Shown in pieces: positions 1 through 11,462 of a stretch of DNA of 64,000 nt (positions are counted from its first letter, which is position 1; every line of letters begins with the position of its first letter). The notes below the pieces were generated by a model. It searched no databases and was not told the origin of the DNA. It was given only the letters and a program-made list of their open reading frames with translations. This stretch comes from Octopus vulgaris. Taxonomy: Eukaryota. The position numbers and the translations under genes are program-made. Where the stretch lies: positions 36,580,001-36,644,000 of the forward strand of contig OX597816.1 of NCBI GenBank assembly GCA_951406725.2. The letters run 5' to 3'.

Positions 1-526
1 AAAAACCACTGTTATCACTCCAGATAGTATATTACTAAATTTGAACTTCAATTAATTGCAATACTATTGCATATGTTCGTTTCAAAGTAATATGTATTTT
101 ATTTGGAAGATGCAATATTTACCTTTGTTCGATTCACCAAAAGATTGAACATTTGCAGTGTGTAATGAAACTATTTTAATTATAATTTGTATATTGGCTA
201 AATTGGCAACATGACCATCCCCAAATATAACAAAGTATATTTCTATTTATGTGAAAACTGTTTAATATATCTATATATACATTTTCCACCTACGTTAAAC
301 GATAATTTGAGCTATTCGAACCAGCGTGCCAAGATACAAACTCTTACACGTATGGCTTTTACCAAAAGTGCTTCAGTTCATATATAAGTGTGGGATGTAG
401 ATACACGGTTATTGCACTATTGTATCCGCATTCATATAAGGTTTCATGCACGCGAAATGTACATACATGCCCTCTCATACATATACATGTTAACATATCT
501 TTCTTCCTCAATCTCGTTGTATATAC

Positions 527-558
<32 letters not shown>

Positions 559-1522
559 TCGTATACACACACAAACCCACATACATACATGTATGTGTGT
601 GCGTGTATGTATGCAATTATGTATGTATTTATTTACTCATATAATAGAATGTGTATGCGAAGTTATTTTAGTTCACTTCAAATATGCTCAGAAATCTTCG
701 AACAAAGAATCGAAAATCCAATTTACGTAACCCTTTAGCTTTACAGGTTTCGTTCTAATGTAAATTAGAAAAAAATGTAATTGACTCTAAGATGCTTTTA
801 TATTTTAAAAAAGCATTCCTGCGTATGTCTGTTTCATTGGAAAGTATATGTTTAACAAGGTAGAGTATATAAAATTATGTGGCGTAAAAGGATCCATGAG
901 CAAAATTTGAATTGTAAGCATGAAACATTCAACCAAATTTGTATTTAGCTGAAATTAACCTTAAAGCAAGATAAATGGAAATATGGTTGCAATGAAAGTG
1001 ATTATTTTTGAATACATGCCGAAAACTAAAGTATAGTATATTATTCTAAGCTCTTAATTTGTAAATTAAAAATGTGCAGAATTTTCAAAATGTTCATTCG
1101 ATGTTTTTATGGGTGTTCAAGTATTTTGCTTGAAATATATTTGTACGTCAAATGATGCAAATTTTATAAATGATATTTGGAATCATTGGAATAATTGTTT
1201 CTCTTTTAGATACCAGATCTCAATTTTGTGAGGATGGGGTAAGTCAGTGCTATCGAACCATTACTTATCGACCCTAAAACTATGTGAGTGTTGATCGCAG
1301 TGGGATGCAAAGACGGAGATGTATCTCAAGGAATATTGCCCAATTTTTTTACTATTTTGCAATTCAACAGCACTATGTAAATGAGACAGTAAAGTTTTGA
1401 ATTTCCAAAAGGCGATCAGTTATCTATAATACCGCATATTCTATATAAACTGCTCTTAATATTTTTTTTTAATATAGTGAAACTGCAGTTGAAATACTTT
1501 ATATAACGTCATTAATAATAAA

Positions 1523-1738
1523 TGGCAGAGCTGGCAGAGTTGTTAGCACGCCGGGCAAATTGCTTAGCAGCCTTTCATCCGTCTTTACGTTAGAAGTTCA
1601 AGTTGTGTCGAGGTCGAATTTATCTGTCATTCATTTAGGGTCGATAAAATAGGCATTAGTCGAGCACTGAGGTCGATATAATCGACTTATCCCCTCCTCG
1701 AAATTACTGCCCTTGTACCAAAATTTGAAATCAATATT
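1523..1738 (+). mobile_element. tRNA-derived SINE (dominant family of this window), diverged copy
   Basis: Head ggcagagctggcagagttgttagcacgccgggc, B-box-like gttcaagtt, core tcattcatttaggggtcgataaaataggca; same consensus as 13958 and 47911. Confidence 0.85.
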
Positions 1739-2212
1739 AATCATGTATCATCACACACTTGTATCTGTACAAGTCTGAAATGATATAAACATCAAGTCTT
1801 GATGGCAATTATGTTGAGAATTTGCTACATCGCATGATATCTTTAGGTTGTCCTAAATGATCAGTAGAAACAGAGCTAATTTGTTTTCTGATATATTAAA
1901 CTCGGTAATATTAAGGAACGATATTGAATTTTGTAGCACAATCTTGACACAGATCGATGGAAATAGATAAATAGATCTACTTGTATTCAACGTTAACGAA
2001 ATTCAACGTCAGAAACGAAAACGATATTATTTATTCTAAAGAGCCTGTTCAAAATATCTTCCGGAGTGAGAAATAATTTTTCGAACTACCAGGAATATAT
2101 CTATAACTCGGTAAATCTACGTCGTTCTCTAAATTTAATTGTTCACCAATTTCTCTGTATCTTTCTTGCTATTCTCTCTCTCTACCTAGCTTTCTCTCAT
2201 CCTCTTCCCACT

Positions 2213-2252
<40 letters not shown>

Positions 2253-2371
2253 CTAATCTCTGCTTTGATCTTCATTGAGCATACGAGGGATTAAACACAT
2301 CCCAACGCCGAAAGTTCAGTACGGAAATTAGTCGATCATGACACTTATATTTTAATACAAACGTCACAGGT

Positions 2372-3224
2372 TATATATATATATATATATATATATAAAA
2401 CTCAACTTTTGTGTCTGTGTGTGTATCTGTGTGTGTGTCTGTGTGTTTAACTTCCCGGCACATCTCCTCCTAGCCAACAAATCGTAGAACCACCAAAAAT
2501 GGGTCACTTAAAGTTTATCCGAATGAAAATTGACTTGCGCTATTTCTGTTCCGAAATTCATCTCGCAAGTGCAAAAATCGATAATGTGTTTGTTTATGCT
2601 TTATCCCATGCATTGAATAGTGAACTTTACTCAGTCAGCTGTTTGACGTGAACTGTGTTCACCACGCGTACAAGCATGCGTAAATTGCATGAAAAATTTT
2701 AAAAAATCAAGATATAAAAACGAATCGCTGTAAACATTGTAGAAATTTGGCAAAGAAATGAATTTTCGGGATGTAGCTTGGAGGGGTTTTTCGTATTAAT
2801 CGTTTCGACTTTGTGAATACATACCAATTGTTTTCATAACATTTTTAACGCTTTGAATTAAACGTGACCATTTTCCGTTGAGTCTGCAGTTTGAATCACT
2901 TTAACCAAATTTTAGCAGGCCGGATTTTTGATCATCACGATACATCACCAGCGACTCCCTGAAACTCTACCTTGAAATCCCCGTTGAGAAATACTGATCT
3001 AAAAGAATAATTCAACAATGCAATTATTTGATCAACAAAAATTTATGAAACGCTTCTACGTACTTCTTATTGAGGAAATGGAACACATAAGCGCAAAAAT
3101 AGACGGCATTAAATGCTTCATTTTAAAACCAAAAATAATTGAATTTTGATTGAACTTCATCCAAGTTTAGCTTAATTCGCGCGTGCATAGAACGCACGAG
3201 CGCACGGGCCGGGCAATATTGCTA

Positions 3225-3226
<2 letters not shown>
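2372..3226 (+). mobile_element. Non-autonomous Helitron-like element
   Basis: 5' tatataaaa followed by (GT/CTGT)n; 3' GC-rich hairpin region gcgcacgggccgggc then CTAG at 3222-3225; same terminal pattern as 14705 and 24239. Confidence 0.7.
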
Positions 3227-3289
<63 letters not shown>

Positions 3290-3291
<2 letters not shown>

Positions 3292-3432
3292 GAAAGCGCA
3301 TAGTCTGCTGTTATGGTGTTAGATTAACAACAATAAAGTCATGGGTTCGATCGGAAGCAGGTGTGTCTCCTTGTGCAACAGAGTGCATATTATATTACTC
3401 CAGTCTACTCAGCTAAAAATTAGTACCACCAT
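3290..3432 (+). mobile_element. Degenerate tRNA-head SINE (family of 54265)
   Basis: gggttcgatc B-box-like motif and ctccagtctactcagctaaaaattagtac core. Confidence 0.5.
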
Positions 3433-4449
3433 GTTTGTTAGGAATTTCGCTTCATAGGTTTAAACTGCAGCGTAGCGACTTTGGTAAGAGTCCTTTACCA
3501 TACACTTGAGTCGACCTTGGGAGAAAATTCCCAAACATGGAATTGTTTGGATGTCCGGTTACTTGTACTTATAATTCGAATATCCAGCCAGTGGCAAATA
3601 TTTGGATTAGGAAAGATGCTAATTGTCTGTGAAGTGCTCAGTCACTTATGTCAATTTAAGTAGTTCAATTAATGAAATACCATCGTTGGAAATTAAGGAT
3701 TACCCATCCTCGTGTTTACATTCATATTTATAGTAACGATATTTACACTGCAATATAACGTCATTTTCTAAAGTTTTATATTCGCATTGGGTCGGGAAAT
3801 AATAGCCAAATATGACTTTCTTGACTAAGTAAAGGAAGAACACTTTGGGTAATGAAGTTCTAAATATGATATGACTTTGCTCTTTGGTTTATTTAATTTA
3901 CAGTACGGACAAGAGCTTTTGGGAATTTATGATTCATAATCAAATCTTTGCTTGCTGCATCTGCACCTACATTTTCGATGGTTTCTAAGTAAAGGAAATT
4001 TCATAAGAAATCGATAAAATTTTACTTGCAATTATTCATCGACATTAAACCACTTTAACAAACACAGATATACAAATGTTCAGCGACTTCTTCTGAGTTT
4101 ACTTCAGTAACATTCTAGAAATAGCATTCCTCTATATGCAGTAACAAACCACTTATATATACGTCTCATTTAATATTTAGCCCTAAGCCCTTTATATTCT
4201 TGGCGTATCTCTCATCTGACAGGTTGCAACTATAGAACTGCACTCGTCCGCGCTCCGCACACCGATAAAGTGCAATTTCTACTATATGGACGCCAAGAAT
4301 GTATGTCTAAAATTATAGTATATGTAGGAGAAATATTTCTTGAACATGATTCAAGAGAGCAATTAATGGTCTTCATAAAGAAGAAAGTTATTTCGATTTA
4401 TGGATCATTTCTACAATATAAGTAACAATAATTATTCCTACTACAAACA

Positions 4450-4865
4450 CAAAACCTAAAATTTGGAGGGAGAGAAGCTAGTAAATTCCATCGACCAGAG
4501 TGTGTCACTAGTACTTAGTTTATCGACTCCGAAACATTGAAAAGCAAAGTGGACTCCGGTGGAGTTTGAACTCAGAACGTAAAGATGGTCGAAATACTTC
4601 TATGCATTTTGTCCAGCGGGATAACAAGACTTCCAATTCACCGCCTTAATATTGGTTTCAAATTTTGGCACAAGGCCATCAATTTGGGGAAAGGAACCGA
4701 GTCGATTATATCGTTCTCAGTGGTCAATTTGTGGATATTTTATCGACCCCGGAATATGAATGACAAAATCGACCTCGACGAAATTTGAACTAAAAACGTA
4801 AAATCGGACGAAATGCTTCTAAGCATTTTGTACGGGGAGAATGCAAATCGGCCAACTCGCCGACT
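4450..4865 (-). mobile_element. Two adjacent degenerate SINE copies
   Basis: Reverse complement of the SINE consensus (tttatcgac...gtggactccggtggagtttgaactcagaacgtaa; aatcgacctcgacgaaatttgaac...gccaactcgcc). Confidence 0.8.
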
Positions 4866-4973
4866 GAATATTAGTAACAATAGTTCTAAACCCAGAAGAA
4901 GTTATGTAATAAATGACGTATTTGACATTTCAGAAGTAATTATGCATATATTATAAGCGTAATAAATGGCTAG

Positions 4974-5315
4974 AAGGCGGCGAGCTGGCAGAGTTCTTAG
5001 CACACCGGGCGAAATGCTTAGTGGTATTTCGTTTGCAGCTATGTTCTCAGTTTAAATTCAGCGGAGGTCAACTTTGCCTTTCATCTTTTCGGGGTCAATA
5101 AATTAAGTACCAGGTACGCAGTGAGGTCGATATAATCGATTTAATCCGTTTGTCTGTCCTTGTTTGTCCTCTCTGTCTTTAGCCCCTTGTGGGTAATAAA
5201 GAAATAGGTATCTTGCTTATCTTCATGTTTTGAGTTCAAATTCCGCCGATGTCCTTTGCTTTCATACTTCGCCAACCACAAATTTCAGGCCTTGTGCCCA
5301 TAGTAAAAAGGATTA
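4974..5315 (+). mobile_element. SINE with partial second unit
   Basis: aaggcggcgagctggcagag head, gcctttcatcttttcggggtcaataaattaagtacc core, gccccttgtgggtaataaagaaata tail, then a restart at the gagttcaaattccgccg segment. Confidence 0.9.
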
Positions 5316-6499
5316 TGAATGAATGGTTAGTCCAGTCCAGGGTTTATTATCTGCTAATATGTGCCGGCAAAAATGTGCTGATATTCAAATTAGCAAAAAT
5401 CATTGCCTGTTACTCATATCACTTATTGTAACACTATATACTACTTTATATTATAGTTAAACGGACGGCATATACACTCTGAAAAACCTATAGAAATAAC
5501 AGATAGAAGCCACATTGTCTTTAACTGATAGAATGGTTCGTTGAAAGCAGCCAGAACTACGCTTTAACCACATGTACTAACACAGAAAGGTTAAACGCAT
5601 TTATATTAAAGTACACATTGAAACTTCTTAACAAGTTATTTATAAACGGTACTTCAGTGCGATTTATGTTTGACTGAATTAAAATGAAAGTTCTATATGC
5701 AAGAAATGGAATTTATTAAATAGAATTCTTACGTACTCAACTCAACTTTTTAAAAACAATTTTTGTTTAAATTTCCATGATATTTCTTCTTTTTATATCT
5801 CTCTCTCCGTCGTATGTATTCGTGAAAGCAGAAACGCTTAATGCTTATACAGTTGCATGTTTAGGAATTATTGGATGATCTAAAACAGCTATGTTAAAAT
5901 GAACAAACTTTACATTTATGAAATTACATGACATCATATAATTTGAATTCTTTCTCATTGTAACTTATAATGAATCACCATACCAAGAATAAGAATGGAT
6001 TTGTAAGATGACGAAATTGATGTTCAGTATAAACATCTGCAACAGAAGTTTTCCGATTGTATTTTCAAAAGAAAATATTTAATAAAATTATTTTCAATTG
6101 CAAGTGAACTTATTGTAATGTCACTGTGAACTGAGTAAACCTGATCATAGATGATATTCCTATAATAGAGTGTAGTTCCAGTGACTAGAATTGGGTTGGT
6201 AGTTGTTGAGATCATCCAAACAATCTAATGATGTTTGAATGGAATCATTGTTGTAATTTAAATAAGTTATATTATATAAAGGAAGTGAATTCAGAGGGGA
6301 ATAATTTATGAATGATGCTTTCGGTACATTTTGAGTGGAAACGTATTTTATAACAGAAACTGATATTGCACTCTAATAAGTAAAGAAATGTAACTTGATA
6401 GGGGAAAATAATTTGGGTTAAAGAGAAATTGGTTAATGCTTGTGAATATAGAGAAATATAAGTTACTACAAGTAATCAGTTTATTTCAGCTAATAAATA

Positions 6500-7900
6500 A
6501 GTAGGAGTAATCCTCCAGTCTTCCTTTTCAGAATACGTGGATGAAGCGTCAGCAATATGCATGATAATGTCTCTCTTATGTGTAAATTAATTGTAAAATG
6601 TTTCAGCTACCCAAAGAAAATTATCCATATGTTCCAAGTATCATATTTAATTATTTATAATACGGCTTAGTTTCCAAATAATCTTTCTGGCTTCGAACGA
6701 GCTACGGTTCTTCTATCCATCAATAAAATGTTGTGGTCTTTAACGTAGTCTTTCCCAGGACGTATAGACCACCTAGAAATTAGATTATGAACTATGTTTT
6801 TCCTTCCTGAATTACGTGAGGAAAAGTTATATTTAAGAAATTCAAGCTAACTTATCTCGGACATAAGTTTACTTATACACGATGTCTCTTTCATATTTCT
6901 CAATACTTTTTCCTTGTTTGTTTTTCTTTTGGATAATATCGTTATATGCAAGTTGTAGAACATGCTTTCTTCCTACAATCTTCATTAGATATTAATATTA
7001 GAAAAACGTTTTCCATCATCTAACTGACACGCTGAATATATGTGGGTGTATTCAATGTTTCTGCTTCCATCTTTAAATAGACTTCGCTTTACATGTTTCT
7101 TCCAGAGTTTTTTCTCATATATTCTGCATACATTTGTCTTATTATTCCCAAAGAGTACAATCTTTCTTTAAAAATCCCATGTTTTCCTTGAAGAAACCAA
7201 TTTCGCTTCCTTTTACAAAAATACTTATCCAGTCAAAACGTAAAACATAAATCGTTCAAACTACTGGCCAATCTGAATATATTTCCTTCGTGCCGCCGAA
7301 TAAATTTATTTGAATTCTACCATTAATTCCATCTAAAATGCCTAGATTTCCTAGATCGCATTCAACCATATCTATCAAATATCGAACCATTGAAACTACA
7401 CTGTAATAAATCTTTGTGAATAGAATTTTGACGAGTAATTCCAGTCTGATATCATTTTGTGTTCTTAATTACATTTCACCTGATATCCCCCGTGATTACT
7501 AATAATTGTGTACCCTTCCACCTTGTTTACCAATAACTGGAATATAGTTACTGTGACATTTCTTTTAACAAGAGCTCACATTCTGTAACCAATTATATCG
7601 CCAAAATGAATTAAGATTGATATCCCACTTCACGGAAATCAAATGGAGAGCACTTTCTCCTTACAGAAATAAAGGTTGTTTACGTGTTGCCCACTGATTA
7701 GTTTCACTCTCATTCTGCTTATCCACCAATCCCGACTATCGACATTTCATTCCCTCTATTACCAGACTCAACGATTGCTCTCGCAAGTTCAACCACACAA
7801 ATGCACATATGAAGTGAATATGGTGCGCCTCACCAAGTTTCAGATTTTCCAGTAGAAATTCACATTTCAGAGTATATCGTTTGGTCGAATTTTCTTTTCA
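6500..7900 (-). pseudogene. Heavily decayed non-LTR (RTE/CR1-like) reverse transcriptase remnant
   Basis: Minus-strand traces resembling KG..C.NYRGIS and QxGF motifs; no ORF left. Confidence 0.3.
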
Positions 7901-10399
7901 TATAGTTATCATGTATAAAAGGCTTGTGCTTTCATAAAACTAAGGAAGATGGCCTTCAAAGCCAGATGTCGCTTTGAAATCGGGTACTGGTTTGTCTGAG
8001 TTTCTGTCTCTATAGAAAGCTTATTTTATATTTAAAGCTATAGAGATCGATTCAAAACATCACTAAATTGAGTACAGAATTTTGAATGCAAGTTTCAAGT
8101 TAAAGCCTCACATTAAACCAGGAATCTTGAATAATAATATTTCATTCTTTTTTTCAAATAAATACTTTCCTGAAATTATTTTATTTTCCTTTTATCATTC
8201 TTGTAGACCTACCTTCTTTGTGACCAGTTATGTGTGCCTTACTCTTTTCAGTGACTGTAGCTTCAATGATTTCTAGAATGTTCTCTGGCCACAAAGTTAT
8301 TTCTATGCATTAAACCCAGAGTGCGTACTATCTTTACATTTCGTATATATTGAATTAATCTTTATAATTTTTGTAGTGTTAGCTGCTCTAATATCCAATA
8401 TTTACTTTTTTTATAATTTATTATTCTAAACCGCATTATTATTACATTATCGCCTTTAATTTATTCATGTGGAAGGATTGAATCTTAAATAATTTGGAGT
8501 TTATCGGTATTAGTTTTACGACTAACGTGTCAATTTCTTTAAGACTTGTTTGTCATAGGTTAATATAAGATATATCCGTTGCTTTTTTAATGAAACTATT
8601 ATGTTGCTTTATTTGCATTCTTCTATGCTACAACCTCTTTCGCCGTATGTTAATTCAAATAATATTATGTTAGAGTATATATTATAATTCAAGTGGTATA
8701 TATTTAATGATGTGTTTTGTTGTATTTCTGTCAAAACGTAAGTCATTTACGTTTCACATGCAATGTATCGGAGCTGCTTTCAGGAAAATTTTTAACACAA
8801 TTTATATCTAATTTCAGATATACCTTCTAAATAACGAGTTTTCCCTTACGCCTGATATTTTATTAACATCAGTGGCGGTGATGCATGTAACATGCATCTC
8901 TATGCTTTGTTGAAGGAATTTCTGTGACACAAATGATGACCCGCAAACAGCTTTACCCTCTGAATAAATTCTCTAGTAATTTACCTTTTATTGAACCTGA
9001 TGCAAGAAATTACATCTTTCGATATCTGAAATATTTTATTTCGCTGTAGGCCTCTTAATTTGTTGGTGATGCAGGCACAGTTTAACATATAATTTGACCG
9101 TCCTTGTGTATCAACACTTTCATTAGTTGCAATTTCACATGGTTGGTGAAGCGAATAATAAGTCATGTAAGATCGCTAAAACGTCTGTCATAATTAAGTT
9201 CCATTTGATACATTCCGACATCATATATTTGACGACAAAGTGGGATTTACCTTGTACTAGAGTTGTTTAAAGATTTGCGAAGCGAAATATAATGTAACCG
9301 AAAATATAGCCAGCGTATTTGTGATACAATAACAATTCTACTGCCAAAACATTATTTGGAAAATTGACATTCGAAATGCAAGTATCTCAATCACATGTGA
9401 ATTTTGTCATTTCCAATTATCATCGACACAAATTATATTATAATTTTATCAGGTATATGTTACTATTCTGAAATTACACAATACTAATACAATTATTAAA
9501 GTCTGAGTCGTGCAGTTCAACATACCAGAAGTGCACACACATAAATTTGATAACAGAGCAGAAAATCGATAAATAAACGTATATTTACATTCTTTATTAC
9601 ATATATACATTCAATTTATAAATAGAAATGTCGCCCCAACAAAATTATCTAACCATTTCATTGATATGATTATATAAGTGAAGCTAATAAGCAAAGAGTA
9701 AACAAATTAATTTAATATAACTTTAATAGAGTGCCACTAAACACCAAGTAAATGTAGGAAAAACTCAATTTCCATAAAGAATAAATATAGTGACTGTTAC
9801 TTAATATTATGAAAACAAACGTAAATACCACCAGAATGAACTTTGCTTTATTCCTTTCGTAATTGATATAATATAATGCGAGCAAGTACCGGGGTCGATA
9901 AAATATATCAGCAGGTATTTGTGTTCATCGAATCGATTCCTCTACTCTTTAAACATTGTGGAACCTCTGTATACCCTAAATTAAATGCTGGGAAAACAAC
10001 AAAAATTTCTTCTACAATTATGAAATACAATTCATATTAAATAACAAATCCCGAAACCCATTCATAAAAGGAGCCACAACACATGTCCCCCATAAACACC
10101 TCCCCAAAACACACCTCAAACGCACATACTATTCAACCCCCCTTCACACAGGACACAACCTCCCCAACCCTACAAAAAGCCCTTTCCTCCCCGAAAAAAT
10201 TCAAACAAAATCCACCTCAAAACTTGGATCTTTAATCATTCTAACCCTCCTCCCCACCGACAAAATGCATCAAGAACCCCCATACACTAGGAATTACCCC
10301 CTTCTCAATGCTCCCCACTCTCATACTAATATCAAAAAAGGTATCCTACCCACACCTATACATAGAATCCCATACAGCCCTCCCAACCAACACCCACAA

Positions 10400-10828
10400 T
10401 CCTAGAAATCTGGACACCTTTTCCACATCTCCTTAATGGAAAACTGGAAAAGATACCTAGATGATCGTTTCATCATATGGAAAGAATCTCATGAAAATCT
10501 TCTGGAATTCAAAACCACGCTTAACAACATACATCCCAACATTCAATTCACTATGGGAGTCAGCAAACATCATCTCCCTATTCTTGATCTCCTAATTATA
10601 AAAGCACCTCACAACCAAATCAAAACCAACATCTACCACATACCTACAAACTCACAATACTCACAAACTCACAAACTTCCTTTCATGCCACCGAAAACAC
10701 ACCAAGATAAATATCCACTTCAACTTAGTTAAAAGGATTTGCATCATTGTCTCGGACCCAACCATTCGAGAAGTAAGCCTTCAAGACCTCAAAAAAACAA
10801 TATTACAAGGCCAATATCCCTACACAAT
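10400..10828 (+). mobile_element. Penelope-like element RT C-terminal fragment (pseudogenised)
   Basis: WKRYLDDRFIIW..FKTTLNNIHPNIQFTM..LPILDLLI..TNIYHIPTNSQ, then frameshifted SCH.KHTKINIHFNL..RICIIVSD; homologous to 57044-58130. Confidence 0.85.
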
Positions 10829-11462
10829 ATCCCTAGGAAGCATCGAACGCCTCCTGATAGCTTTGACACGGTGTCCCTAGATGCAGTTCCGGCGGCCGGG
10901 GGTGTTTGTCTCCCCTTCGTATATGTATATAAGGACACATGGAAAAAATGTGTCAAAGCTATCAGGAGGCGTTCGATGCTTCCTAGAGCTATACAGCGGT
11001 GGTGTACCCCCTACTGTCACTTTCTTGTTAGATTGACAGTATGCAACCATTCTATCGCCCCACCACCGTACATGTCTCTACGAGAGATTTAGAAATTCAA
11101 TACTTCTTATTTTGATAATCAGTGAATAAACTTCACTGAATATAGGTATATACAATTACGAAGTCGAGGCAAATATCACCAGCTGACCGGTGTCTGCTAC
11201 TCTAGGCCGATGAAAGACAACGATCCTGAAACACAGTGTCCCTAGATGCTGTTCCGGCGGCCGGGGGTGTTTGTCTCCCCTTCGTAGGGGAAAATGTGTC
11301 AAAGCTATCAGGAGGCGTTCGATGTTTCCTAGGGCTATACAGCGGTGGTGTACCCCCTACTGTCACGTTCTTGTTAGATTGACAGTATACAACCATTCTA
11401 TCGCCCCACCACCGTACATGTCTCTACGAGAGATTTAGAAATTCAATATTTCTTATATATAT
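10829..11462 (+). mobile_element. Retrozyme-like cassette A: about 1.6 tandem copies of a 345-365 nt monomer with a short inverted 5' piece
   Basis: gtgtccctagatgc at 10871 recurs at 11236; 10829-10869 is the reverse complement of an internal segment; 3' end runs into (TA)n; contains an HHR. Confidence 0.8.
11201..11246 (+). ncRNA. Type I hammerhead ribozyme, variant core CCGAUGA
   Basis: tctagg-CCGATGA-aagacaacgatcct-GAAA-cacagtg-TC-cctaga; stem I perfect 6 bp and extends to a rod over 11157-11286; GUC cleavage triplet; stem II imperfect. Confidence 0.75.

Noticed and set aside
359-644. ORFs rich in YI/HT/CV repeats here and at 15.5-16.2k, 17.6-18.3k, 31-32k, 44.8k, 55.0k, 58.1k and 61.6k
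   Set aside because: They are translations of (TA)n, (CA)n and (GATA)n microsatellites, not genes.
2275-2320. Possible decayed PLE-type hammerhead (tgagc..acga-ggga..tccc..gaaa-gttca) before (TA)n
   Set aside because: The core and cleavage site are incomplete, so it cannot be supported.
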